This document shows positions 33,033 to 46,430 of a stretch of DNA of 64,000 bases, in pieces; within the stretch, counting starts at the first letter, position 1, and every line of letters starts with the position of its first letter. The translations under genes and the position numbers were made by a program. Below the pieces are notes generated by a model, which saw only the letters and a program-made list of their open reading frames with translations, did not search any database and was not told the DNA's origin. The DNA lies in assembly GCA_043228905.1 (NCBI GenBank), contig JBHGNT010000016.1, positions 18,352,001 to 18,416,000 on the forward strand, given 5' to 3'. The stretch comes from Azolla caroliniana (lineage: Eukaryota > Plantae > Polypodiophyta).

Positions 33033-35923
33033 ATATTCTAAGTTGTCCAATGGCAACCCTTAGTGCATGTGGTAAGAATACATCTAGATATTTTGGCCGC
33101 GTGATAAAACCTAACTCAGAGAAGTGCATGAAGTGTTTCTTATAGTACGACATTTTAGATGGGAGTGGCTCTAGTGGGGTGATCCATTTACACCGAGTGT
33201 AAATTTGCCATATTTCTTGGCGTATTACTTTATTGCGGTTCTCATGAGAGATTAAGGTGTTATCACTCGTGTGGTTGTACCTAAGGGGAGGTAGGTTATT
33301 AATGTCTAGACCATTCGCAAGAAGCCAAGTCACCATCATGCCATACCATGAGCTAGTATAGCCGGACTCATACAATGATCGAGAGGCCTTAAAGGCTTGA
33401 TGAGATATTCTATCATGTGGTTGGCTATGTATCCTATCAATAAAGACTACAAGTTGAAAAAGTGCCTCTACTAGCATTGGGGGTAACGTGAACTCGGCCC
33501 TAATAATGTCATGTGGTACAGTCGATTTGCTTCGGAGTTGGCGTGATAGCATCATCACCAATGGTCTCTCTAATTGCGTCCACATGAAGGATGGTAATCC
33601 TGGAGCCCAAACCGCTGATGCATACATGAGGGAGGGGGTCACTAATGAGTCAAAGAGCCACCCTTTAGTCCGTGGCTCTTGAAAGTGTGCTTGGTGGCAT
33701 TGTCTCTCTAGGAGTGAGAGGGATGCATGTCCTCTCGTGAGTCTATCCTTCCCTGCCTGTGTCATCGAAAATTTACCTGAGCGGGCACTAAAAGTGACTC
33801 CGAGATATACGTACGATCCAACCACCTCGACTGGGCTATGGGAGATAGTTAGGTGACACTTAGTTCTAACTTGGGCCGATGTGTGGAAGATAAGGACTTT
33901 CGTTTTCCCTAGATTCACTACCAATCCTCGTTGTACACAAAAGTCATCTAAGGCATTGAGGTGCCTCTGTAGGTCGTGTTCGGATTTAGAGAGCAAAACT
34001 ATGTCATCCGCATAGAGCAAGATACGAACCTGCGTATCCCCAAGGACCACTCCGGTGCCTCCCTCACGAGCAATAAAATCTGTGATCTCATCAATGTAGA
34101 TCCCAAAAAGCGTCGGTGATAGGGGGCAACCTTGTTTTACACCAATAGTGCTAGTGAAACGATTGGATAGGCCACCTGGGCATCGGACACACCCGGACAC
34201 TTGTTCATATAGTGCGTAGATGGCCCATATCATATCATCTGGTATCCTCAAGCTTTTAAGTCTATCAGACAACCGATCTCTAGGGACTGTGTCAAAGGCT
34301 TTGCGGAAGTCCACAAAACAACAATATAATCTCTTCTTGCGAGCCCTAGTTTGGTCAATTAGGCATCTAAGTGTGAAGATGTGATCAATAGTGGAGAAGG
34401 CTCGTCTAAAGCCAGCTTGTTCAGGTGCACGAAGGTTTAGGGTCTCCATGTAGTCGCTAAGCTCTGCTTCCATTACTGCACCATATAACTTAGCAAGGGT
34501 ATGGCCTATCATAATGGTCCTATATGTATTTGGGTCCATGGGGTCCCCCCCTTTATGTATGGGGGTCACTGTATTCATAGTCCACTGTGGTGGAAAACCC
34601 TCCGCAAGGGCACGATTGAAGATTAGAGTTAGCAAGGGAGCTAGGCACTCTCTCGCATATATAATGTGTTCTGCTTGCAATCCTGTGTGGTCCATGGACT
34701 TCCTATGTTGTAATTTCTTTATGACCTTCATGACCCTAGAGGTCGTGAAAAGTGTCCCCGTGGTAGGCCGGGGTGTGGAAGGCATTGGAAAAGGTGGTTG
34801 GTTTGGGATTTGGTAAAGTCTCTCTGTATATGTGTGCCAAGTTTCGGGATCTTCGATGGGTGTTTGTGGTCTTGGCTCCCGTAGTCTCTTCCATGCCGTG
34901 GCGCAATCGCTACTCATGAGCATATGGTAGAGTTCCCAGTATTGGGATGCCTCCCACGCTCGTCTCTTACGACGTGTCATCTTACGCATTTCTTTGCGAG
35001 CTTGTGTGGAGGTAATACTACCATTGAGTTGCGATACTGTAAGTTGTCTATGTAGGTCCCTACAATCCTCGTCATACCATTTATTTTGTGGCATTGATCC
35101 TGATCTACCTTGATTTGAGTGTTTTGTATAAAACTGCTAGCTGCTGCGGAGTGAAGGATGTGTGTGAGTTTTGTACTAAGGCTTTCTAATGGTAGAGAGG
35201 GATCAATGGAGGGGAGATGGGCTTGAACATGTTGAGAGTATATGTCAGAGAGCTCATGTGTGAAATGTATTGTGGTGTGATGGCATGGTTGACTAGACTT
35301 GGTGACCTTAGAGATATCACATTTTAGCTCGAAGTATAAGAAGCTCTGGTCTGCGCCAATAGGGCATGGGGCCACTCGGAAGGAGTTAATCATGTGGGTA
35401 GCTTCCGGGCGCCCTATTAGATAGTCAACTGTGCTTTCCCCTCCTCCATGTGGGAAACATATGAGCTCTTCCGAGCCCGGCCACTTAGCTAAACCATTAT
35501 ATATGACCATCTGGTGCCGACTGCCAAGTTCGAGCAGATGATGGCCAAAGCTCGTGGCGTCCGCACCTTGATCCTTTGATCTACGTGTGGTGCCTATGTC
35601 TAAAGGATCAACATTTACCATTTCTAGGTTTCTATTCATCTGAAATACTGTGCATTGTCGGGATTGGGTTCTCGCATTGAAGTCTCCTACAAGAAATACT
35701 TCTCCTTGGGAAGAATATCGGATTATGTCATCCGATAGGGGTTCGTATGGAGAAGGCCCATGTGGCATTCCTTCATCGACTAATCTCGTCAAGCCACTAA
35801 TATTAGAACGTGATCCTTTTGGGGGAAAGTAACAAATGGCGAAAAATACTGCATGGTCTTTGCTTGTGGAGACTTTCATCCACATAAAACGAGCTTCTGG
35901 GTCTATCTTCATTATTTCTATCC
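33033..35923 (-). pseudogene. LINE ORF, endonuclease + RT part (one frameshift near 35100)
   Basis: Overlapping ORFs 34977-35945 and 32893-35094 in different frames. The APE C-terminal SDH motif reads ADQ. Confidence 0.85.
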
Positions 35924-36595
35924 TATTATCGTCTTCGGAAGTCAAATATGACCTATGAGACCAAAAATATTACATTTCACGTGATACGTGTGAAAGTGAG
36001 TAGTGATTGTCAATGTTCAAGAACTTTACCAATGAATGTTGCAATCGAGAGTGCACATTGTGGTTGTGAGAGGAATTCATACAAGGATTGGGCTCGGTCG
36101 AAGAGATGTGGAAAGCATGGTCGAATATGATCAAAGGCAGACCATTGTATCAAAGTGTGATACTCAGACTCACGAACTTGTTTCGGACAAAGTGTGCATA
36201 GCCAACCACTCTCATCACTTGTGCCCCAACACCATCTCTCACATCGCAATGCATGTGAGCTAAGTCGCATGGAAGCAATGGTTTGAATGGTAGATAACGG
36301 TATGGGCTCTAATATGTATCGATGTGTACGGTTCCCCCGTTCCACAAAGAATATGGTTTTGTAGTTAGGTGCAACACGTGTAGTATAATGTGTGAAGCGT
36401 GAGCCTCCACATTTGTCCCATGTCATGATACATTGGCGTTGCAAAAAGGCCTCATTTACAGAGGAATCTAGTGATGCATCATGAAGCAAGTGTCTCGTAT
36501 CCCATCTACCAAACCATTTTTCTATATCTTGCATCCAACCGGAACACACAATTTTGCTTTTATGCGTTTTTTGGATCTTTTTTCTTGCTTCCCAT
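35924..36595 (-). mobile_element. Second RTEX-like LINE 3' fragment abutting the first head-to-tail
   Basis: MRLSSHALRCER...CTLCP...ESEYHTL. 3' motif gtctcataggtcatatttgacttccgaagacgataata at 35924-35961. Confidence 0.75.
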
Positions 36596-36596
36596 G

Positions 36597-36638
<42 letters not shown>

Positions 36639-39600
36639 GGGAGTGGGGTTGAACCAGATTTTCAACGAAGAGAGAGAGAGTAGAGAGAGAGAATGATGAC
36701 AACAAGAAGTATATTATGTGAAGAAGGATATAAGAACAACTAGGGGTCTTAAGCCTGGCGTTGAACCAAATTGGTTTTGAATAATGCCACATGCCTCAAT
36801 TTATAGTACTATTAGGAGTACTCTTGAAGTTTCTAAATTATTCTAGAGAAATCTAGAATATACATGAATTTCCTATAGTTAAATAATAAATTAAAATAAT
36901 ATTGTTTGTATTATAATGCATAGTTTAATGGTAAGGGTTCTACCCATGTAACACAAGGTAGTGGGTTCAAACCTGTTTGGAGGCATATTAAACGAGGAGT
37001 GTTACGAGTCATCTTTGATTGAGGACTTGGTTTGTCTGGATATTGATGATGGAAGTCTTCAAGAAGAGCTTGAGCATTGGCCACATTTTCTACTGGTTCC
37101 CAAGTACACTCGTTTGGACTATAGCCTAGCCAATCAACCAAATAGTAGAGCTTGTTGCGAACAATCTTGGAATCGAGGATGGCAACAACCTCGTACTTAG
37201 GTCCATCTTCAAGTTCAATCGGGGGTGGAGGTGGTGTAATACGATTGGGAATATTGTTATCTTGATAGGGTTCTAGAAGAGAACTATGAAATACCGGATG
37301 TATCTGTAGTTGCGGAGGTAGATCAAGGCGAAAAGTGACATCATTAATTTTTCCGTTAATACAAAAAGGCCCTAACTGTTGATAATCCAATTTGTCACAT
37401 GGTCGAGTAGTTTTTATGTGTCGTCGTAATAGCCATACTCTATCTCCAATATCAAAACAAGATGGAATCCAGTGACGATCCACATAATCCTTCTGTGTTT
37501 TGTTGGGCTTGATGTAAGTGGGTAGATAGTTTTGCCCGAATCTTTCGTAGTCGCTCCAAATGATTCTCTGCACTAGGATTGGTGGGTAGCTTAGGAGTTT
37601 CTAATACACACTAGCGAGGATGATGGCCTGTATAAGCATAGAATGGTGTAACCCTAATAGAGGAGTGGATAGAATTATTATAAGAAAATTCAGCAAAATG
37701 TAGAATATCTGCCCAATCATCTTGTTCATAGCATTTCAAAAACACCAAAGATATTGTTGCAACATTTTATTTGTATGTTCTGCTTTACCATCTGTTTGGG
37801 GATGATATTTGGAGGAGAGGTTGCATGTGACCTTGTGCATTTTGAAGAGATGCTTCCAAAATTTAGAGACGAATTGTGGTCCACGATAATTGATGATACT
37901 ATCGGGAAGACCATGATGCCGAAATACTTCACGCATAACAATTCCTGTATGTTGAGATATCAAGCTCAACTTAGTTTAGTTAGTTAATCAACACACGTAA
38001 CTTAGTAGTTACCAAGATAGAATCTAGTTAGTGTGTTGACCTTAAAGCCTTAAATAGGATTTTGTACTTGAGTGGGATACATTGTAATATAGGACTTATA
38101 CGGTTGTACCTATATTCTACTCACACATGTGCACCTTTGCACATGAGATGTATATATACCTCATTGTGGGTATTTTTGTATTTGATGATGCTAATTTAAT
38201 ATAGAGTTAATCATCCCCCATCTTGTGTTGTTCATAAGCGTAACTTCCTCTCTGTTCCTCTCACACACATACACACATACACACATATATAACATAATAT
38301 TCTGCTTTACTTAACCACATAATTAGGTACTAATTAACATGTAGTTAATTACCTAAATCTTAACATGGTATTAGAGCGCGTGGTTTAGAAAATCCACTAA
38401 GCCCACCCGACTCCATGATTGTGTGTTCAAGACGCCGACGACAAATTTGGCTATCGGCTACCGTAGTGCCGCTACGTAGCATGTGTATGTGATCGAAGGA
38501 AGAAGAGCAAAAGAAGAGAAAACATTACAACAACATGAACACACAGATGGGTAGCTCGCTCCCTAGTGAAAAGCTAAACTGGAGCAATTGTTCATCTTGG
38601 GAATACAAGATGAATCAATACATTGTCGGCCAAGGGTGTTGGAGCTACATCAACGATGTACAAGAAAATCGACCCGACCCAAAGAACGCTGACTGCGCAA
38701 CATGGGAGCAAGCAGCAAGTGAAGTGATGTATTGCTTGGCAACATGTGTCCACGACCACATGCTTAACCACATTCAAGATGCCAAGACACCTAAAGAGGC
38801 GTGGGAGAACTTGAAGAAGATTTTTGCCGCCAACACGACCGCCTGCAAGCTTCAATTCTGGCAAGAGTTGAATAATATTCGGCAAAAAGATATGTCTGTG
38901 TCAAACTACACCGCCAAGATCAAGAGCATTTACGACTCGCTTGGCTCCATCAACATAAACGTCGACAAAGATGAGATGGTTCAAGTATGCTTGGGTGGCC
39001 TCGCACAACGATTCAACTCGTTGAGGATGACAATCTTAGTGAGGGAAAATCCTCCTTCATTCTTCGATCTCCAATCAATGTTATTGGTCAAAGAGAACCA
39101 CGTTGGAACCAAGACCAAGATGTCGGAAGGACAAATGTTCTTCTCGAATTCGGATGGTGGCCTAGGACGAGGTCGAGGCGGTAGAAGAGATCGATTCGAC
39201 CCCTCTCATGAAGGGAACTCAAACCTTTGACAACATGACAGAAGCCATCGAGGAACCTTCGTAAGAAGGGGGAGCTTCCATGCCGAACAAGGTTAGAAAA
39301 CGTGGCCCACTACTTGCAACTATTGCGGAAAAATCGGCCATCGCGAGGAGTGTTGAAAAAGAAGAAGCGAGTTGGCTTCGACACGCCGACAACTCATAAA
39401 TTACGCCACCAACTCTGAATACGAAGACTATGGTGGGCTATTCGTAATGAGACATGGAGCGAACTCTATGACAGCCTCCGACTCCATGTGCACCTCCAAC
39501 ATGGAAGACGTGTGGTTCGTCGACTCCGTTGCCTCACACCATATGACGTCACACCAAGAGTGGTTCCGTGACTTAGGAATGTCGGATTGAACCGGCTTCA

Positions 39601-42600
39601 TAGAGATGGGAGATGATACCACACATCCGATTCAATACATCGGCAATGTTCCATTCAGCAATGATGGCCAAAAGACTTGCATCAAGAATGTCTTGCACGT
39701 GCCCACAATAACGAAGAATTTGGTCTCGGTCGGCCAAATCGTGGAGCAAGGCATGCAAGTTCGTTTCAACAATGAAGGATGCTTCATCGAGAAAGATGGC
39801 TAACTCATAGCTAAAGGACGGAAAGACGGTCGAATATTCATTCTTGATTCGAACGAGGTGAAATCGGCCATGTATGCCAAAGGTCTCAAAACCGAGACGA
39901 GTGTCGAGTTGTGGCACAAGAGAATCAGCCACATCAACCTCCAACAACTCCGAGCTATGCAAACAAACGGAGTCGTCATTGGACTTCCGACATTTGAATC
40001 GAAATGAGTCGACTGAGTATGCGAAGGGTGTCAACTTGGCAAACAACATCGACTCCCATTCCAGAAGGAGAGCTCCGCAAGTAAAGGCCTCCTTGATGTC
40101 ATACATTCAGATGTATGGGGACTGGCTCAAATGTTGACGATCGGCGGATGCCGATACTATGTAACCTGCATCGACGACTACTCCCGCTACACATGGATCT
40201 TCCCGATGAAGAAGAAGAGCGAAGTGCTCTCCCACTTTCAGAAGCTCAAGAGCCAAGTCGAAAAAGAAATCGGTCGGCACATTCGATGCCTACGATCGGA
40301 TGGAGGAAAGGAGTACTTCTCTGACGGATTCACCTCCTACCTCCAAGGTGAAGGCATCTGGAGAGATTTCTCATGCTAATACACACCCCAACAAAATGGA
40401 GTCGCCGAAAAGAAGAATCGGCACATACTCGAGGTAGCACACACCATGATGCATGAGAATCATATGCTGAACTTCTATGGGCTGAAGTGGCATCCATGGT
40501 CATCTATCTTATGAAGCAGTGCACCACTAATGGAATGCATGAGCTAACTCCCTACGAGCTCCTTCTCGGAAGGAAGCCGATCCTGTCGCACCCCAAGGTG
40601 TTCGGAAGCATTGCAAATGTACGTATGCCGAACGAACAATGACAGAAGCCCGACACGAAGTCGGAGAAATGTATCCTTGTAGGATACTCGTCTGAGAAGA
40701 ATGTATACAAGTGCTATAACCCTTCGACTCGAGCGGTTTGGGTGAGTCGAGACATAGTCTTCGACAAATCGGCATCATGGTATACGCTCGATTTGGCTCC
40801 ACCCGACCCGACTGAGGAAGAGTTGAACGTCAAATCGGAGGATGATATTCAGACAAGTCCTCTACCAAAGGACAATCCAAACCCACACGGGCCTTCATGT
40901 GATGAAAGCATGTCGTGACCAAGTCCGAACTTGGACAAAGGCAAATGTAAGATGCTCGAATACGAAGTTGACCACCCCGACGACAATGATTTGGATGTGT
41001 CGGCTCACTCACAAGACAATGAGTTTGGTGTACCTATCATGTAGACACCCGGAGTAAAGAAGGCGCTCACATCGGCAAGCAAAAAACTTCGACGCTCATC
41101 TAGAGAGAAGAATGTCGTCGCTCGGCTCGACTACAATGCGTACATGACCCATCATTATGCCTTCTCGATGAAGGTTGCGGCCAAACAAGAGCTCGGGAGC
41201 TCTAGAGAAGTGGCTCATGACCCACGATGGGTGCAAGCACTTGGCCTTCGACCATTTCGCGCTACAAGCCTTCGTCACAGGCTTGAGGGGGAGGAACCGA
41301 GACTACCGCCATGAAAATACCGATGCCACAAGCCTAATAGAAGCCGACATCGAAAACCGGACAACGCCGAAAGAAAAATCGGATGTCGGATGCTATACAC
41401 TTGAGCTTGAGGGGGCGTGTTGAGATATCAAGCTCAACTTAGTTTAGCTAGTTAGTCAAAACATGTAACTTAGTAGTTACCTAAATAGAATCTAGTTAGT
41501 GTGTTGACCTTAAACCCTTAAAAAGGATTTTGTACTTGAGTGGGATACATTGTAGATCCTCCACTCCCATGTTCATTTAATATAGGACTTACATGGTTGT
41601 ACCTATATTCTACTCACACATGTGCACCTTTGCACATGAGATGTATATATACCTCATTGTGGGTATTTTTTTATTTGATGATGCTAATTTAATATAGAGT
41701 TAATCATCCCCAATCTTGTGTTGTTCATAAGTGTAACTTCCTCTCTCTCCTCCTATCACACACATACACAAATATATCACATAATCTTCCGCTTAACTTA
41801 ATCACATAATAGGTACTAATTAACCTGTAGTTAATTACCTAAATCTTAACACTATAGTTTCTTCATTAGTGATTTCTTTAGTACAGGGCAATAAATGTGC
41901 CATCTTAGTATCCCGATCAACCACTATTAAGATCGTGTTGAAGCCCTTCGAATCTGGAAGATTTGTGATAAAATCTAGAGAAATAGATTGCTAGGGCTTG
42001 ACGGGGATGGGTAATGGCTCCAATAAACTAAATGGATGATGTATGGGCATCTTTGCTCTGCAACATGTATCACATGTCCGCACGTAGTCTTCGACAAATC
42101 TTTGCATACGTGGCCACCAAAATGATCGTTGTACTAAATCCAACGTTTTAGTACTACCAAAATGTCCAACTGTGTATGTGTCATGAATATTTTGAACTAC
42201 TCGTAGATGGCATGGACCATTGGGTACATACAAAAGTTTCTTAACGAAGAGTAATCTATCATGACATTCGAATTGTCGATAATCCATACTTGGTTGTTGT
42301 GATCATGAACAGGATGCCCGAGAGGAATCAATTTAAACTAGAATAGCTTGAGCGAAAACATTTGTCTTCAAATCTTTGCGTATGGTATCAATAAGGTGGG
42401 AATCTAATGGAGTGTCAAAAATCAAGGTTGCTTGCAGCTGTGTCGGACCCAGGATTACTTGCTTTTGATTTTCGAAGGTCGGATCACCAGGATGAGGTGC
42501 TAGATACGAGCGTTGTGATAATGCATCTGCCTTCCCTTGTTGCTTGCCCGGATGGTATGTAATCTTGAAGTCGAAATGAGTGAGGAACTGGGCCCACTGA

Positions 42601-45351
42601 GCTTTTCGTCTATTTAATATATGAACATTCTGAAAGTGGGCAAGATTATTGTGATCACTAAATACAATGACTTGATGAGGAGATCCTTCTAAGAAATGCC
42701 TCCATTGTGCAAAAGAGTCAACTATTGCTAATAGCTCCTTATATATATATATCTCATAGTTGATTTCGGCGGTGTCAAATTTTGCGCGAGTGGAAAGCTA
42801 CGGGATATAGGTTCTCATCTCGCCTTGATGTGACAAAATACTACCGAGCATGAAATCCGACGCATGATAAATGGTTTTTGTGGATCAACACGAGTTAGAA
42901 TAGGGGCTGATGTAAATGCTTTCTTGAGATCCACAAAAGCTGTGTCCACTTCCTTAGACCAAACAAATGATTGCCCCTTCCTTGTAAACTGTGTGAGAGG
43001 CAAAATAAGATGTGAGTAGTCCTTTATAAACTTGCGATAGAAATTTGCGAAACCTAAAAAGCATTGCACATCTCACAATGAACATGGAGTCTACCACTCT
43101 AACACAGTTTGAACCTTAGCTAGATCCATAGAGATTCCTTCTGAGGAGATGACATAGCCTAGAAATTCCACCTGTTTACAATCAAAACTACATTTCTCTA
43201 GTTTTGCGTAAAACCCATGTTCTTGTAGTCATTTTAGTATTAATAGTACATGGGAATCATGCTCCTAGACTTGTGTCTTTGAATAAACTAGCATATCATC
43301 CAAGTAGATGATCAAACAAATGTCTAAGAGATCTCAGAATATATCATTTGCCATGTGCTTGAAAACTGTTGGTGCATTGGTGAGGCCGAATGGCATAACC
43401 GTATATTCGAAGTGCTCATATCGGGTGCGAAAAGTTGTCTTCCATTCGTCTCTCGGTCGGATCCGTACGAGGTTATATGCTCCTCGTAAGTCTATCTTAG
43501 TGAAAACTTTGCACCATTAATTCTTTCTTGAAGACTCGAGATCAGAGGAAGTGCATACCTATTCCTAATGGTGATCCTATTCAAGCCATGGTAATCCATG
43601 ACTAGGCAAAGTGATCTATCCTTTTTCTTCACAAAGAAGATGGGTGCGCCGGTTGGAGATTTCGAATGTCAAATGAACCCATTTGCTAGATTTTCCTCTA
43701 TGTAGGCTCGAAGAACTTCAAGCTCGCTTGGTGACAAGTTGTAGATCAGTCCCCACAGTGGCTCTTTTCCTAGTTTTAAATCAATAGGACAATCATATGG
43801 TCGATGTTGACGAAGAGTACTAGCTTTTACCTTGTCAAAAACGCAGGCATAATGGTGATACTTCTTTGGAAGTTGAATTGTTGACTCCCTCTTAGTGATA
43901 CTGGAAGGTTTCATTGATATTGGGAATACAAACATTGTTTCAGGTTGCGTCCTTCCTCACTCAATTGATGCAGCGAAATGGTTGAAATTCTATGAGTAGA
44001 TCCTCGAGGTTGACGATACCTAATTTCTCTTGTTCTCCAATCGATTTTGGGGTTGTGTAATTCAAACCATGGTAACCCCAACACAATTGGATGCTTTGGA
44101 CTTCTAATTATATTAAATGATATTTCACACGCCAAAATTTCTGCGACAATATGAACTGGCTCTAACTCTTCTACGATATTTCCGGAAGCAATGGGAGGAC
44201 CATCAATGACTAATATAGAAGTTGGGCAAGGAAGTTTTCTTAGCGATATTTGATGAACTTGGGCAAAATTCCTATCCATGAAGCAAGAATTGTCTCCGGA
44301 ATTAAAGAGAGCTAAGACATGTACTGGAGGATTACTTTTAGTACTAACTGCTACTTGAGCTAAGAACACCTTGCTAACTTGCTTCGAGGGAATGGAACCA
44401 CGAATGTGTTGCATAGATCCAGGGTTGTCCAACCAAACGACTCCTATTTTGGCTGGACTCAATCGTTTAACTCTTCTTCTAGTTAACTAAGGACTTCAAA
44501 TTTATTGGATAGACTTGGACTACTAGGATTATTAGACACTCCTAATGAAATAGACTCGGGTTTAGTACTAACCACTACTTGATTTACTTGTCTTCTTGGC
44601 CTATGGGGACAATTTACTGCAATATGCCCCGGTCCACCGCAATATAGACATAGTCGATTTGTTTGGCATCGTTGCTTTCCCTCTTTCGATAATGGTCTAT
44701 GACGACGTGTGGTGTCAATTTCCATTGGTGTTGGAGTATTTGCCGTAGACACATTATATGACTCCCTTGGAAAAGGGTTTGCTACAATTGAGGCATAGGT
44801 GGGCTCTGATCTTGTCCTTGGCATTTGGAACTGTCATTCCGAACGTCGTTCGAAAAGCCGGTTACCTTGATGTCATTACGTAGGTAATAGCGAAATTGTT
44901 CCAACAATGATTGATCATCCTACAGAATATCGGTGGCGAGAAAACGGAAATCCGTAGCATAAGCTGAGGCCGGCTGATCACCTTGACGCAGTCTTCGGAT
45001 TTTGTTGGTTGTTGTCCTAACTCTATTGGTATCTCCAAAACATGCTTTAAACTTGTTAATAAACTCAAAATGATTTAACAAAGGAGAGCCTTTTTCTAAC
45101 AAAGGGGCGAACCATGCCAGAGTTGTGCCACTAAGTAGTGTGCCTACCAGTCCTACTTGTGATGCATCGGTGGGATGTCGAGAAGGATACATTTGAATCA
45201 CCAAACGTACCTTATTAAGAAATCCTCTAAACTATGATCGTGTTCCATCGAACTTTATAGGAAGACCGATCTTGGGTTCTTTGGGAGTCCCTTGGGTGCT
45301 TGGTCCTTGTTGTTGCAATGACACATAGTTGCTTCAAGTTGTTGCACGCGT
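36596..45351 (-). mobile_element. Second Tcn1-like chromovirus copy (truncated, interrupted by copia A1)
   Basis: Partial 3' LTR ~36596-36986, chromodomain YEVVAILDSKIVRNKLYYLVDWLGY, INT, RH, RT, PR LFNSG, knuckle CLYCGGPGHIAVNCP. Gag is cut at 45351 and the 5' LTR is absent. Confidence 0.9.
37950..41851 (+). mobile_element. Ty1/copia type A copy 1: gag-PR-INT, lacking RT-RNase H
   Basis: LTRs 37950-38365 and 41418-41851, TSD ctgta/ctata, PBS tggtattagagc, PPT gaggggg. Gag, PR WFVDS and INT (IDDYSRYTW, LRSDGGKEY, PQQNGVAE) are present. The RT start DPRWVQA is joined directly to RH-end-like ALGLRP at ~41240. Confidence 0.92.
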
Positions 45352-46430
45352 TGTCGCGAAGTTTCGCGCGCGTGTGTTACTTGGGCAGGACCACGGGAGT
45401 CTTGGACTAGGGAGTACTCAAGGGATAAATATTTATTTATTTATTTATTTTAAATCTTATAAATATAAAGCACTCTTCGAACCCACTCTACGAATCCTCT
45501 CTACGAATTTTCACTCTACGAATCCTCACTCTACGAATCCTCACTCTACAAATCCTCACTCTACAAATCTTCACTCTACGAATCCTCTCTACGAATCCTC
45601 ACTCTACAAATCTTCACTCTACGAATCCTCTCTACGAATCCTCACTCTACGCATCTTCACTCTACGAATCCTCTCTTCGAATCCTCACTCTACGAATCTT
45701 CACGCTACGAACTCTCTCTACGAATTCTCTCTACGAATCCAAGGGGACGATAACACAAACACAAATGCCCGTACATCTTTATGAGGAGGAGGGGTACATG
45801 GGCACACCCGAAATGCTCCCTCATCACAAGACGGCCGAATGTACAAGGAAGACACGAACAAGAAAGAAAGAACGAAGGAAGGAACATGAATGATATCGGC
45901 CAAAGGAGTAAATACGTGTTCGATTCCAACACAAGAGGACCCTTTATAAATAGGGTTTGATTACAATAGCGACTTCTAGCTAATCACTGGCTCAATCAAA
46001 ACATAAATACTAAATGCCCTTAGAGACAAGAGCAAAACCGACCACGGTGAAGATGAACACATGAGCACCACCAAAATGCCAACCCCAACGAACCACGACC
46101 ACCCGAACAACGAGCACACGGGCTCGCAACGACGAACGGGGCTCACAACATCGAACCAACGTAGCTTGATCTCATGAGCAGTTCGTGTGCCAACGTGAAG
46201 AAGACGAGCACGTGGCGATGAGGGGATGAAGGGGTATGAAGAGATGAAGAGAAGTGGTGAAGAAGAAGATGAAGAGCTTTGAAGGAAAAATGGCGATAGT
46301 CTCCTCCTCCCCAAAACGTCCTCCCGAATGAGCCCCCCTCGACCTCCTTTTATAGAAAAAAGAAGAAAGGGGGGGTCGCCAATTTTGTCTTTAATGCAAA
46401 AAAGGAATAAAATTCCTTAACTCACGCTAC
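45352..46430. mobile_element. Long LTR-like insertion truncating chromovirus copy 2
   Basis: Abrupt TGTCGCGAAG start within gag, internal tandem array and tttataaata / ttttatag motifs. Right boundary and TSD not found. Confidence 0.45.
45486..45740. repeat. Minisatellite of 15/13-bp units (ctctacgaatcctca / ctctacgaatcct)
   Basis: About 17-18 consecutive units visible. Confidence 0.9.

Larger units (their letters stand above)
26871..35923 (-). mobile_element. RTEX/RTE-like LINE (APE-RT-Cys/His tail), 5'-truncated, split by the Tat-like LTR element
   Basis: APE VGDFNAR/STVDY, RT FVDFRKAFD, GVKQGCPLSP, LLYADD, YVYLGV. The frame rejoins across the ATATT TSD (QLRI|SSHQLEIENGR...CRLCH..EDEYHF) and stops at 27088. 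3' tail (TTTC)n at 26871-26903. Confidence 0.9.

Noticed and set aside
45329-45784. 151-aa ORF with STNPH repeats, and CRISPR-like periodicity
   Set aside because: It is a translation of a spacer-less minisatellite. There are no unique spacers or cas genes, and the context is eukaryotic.
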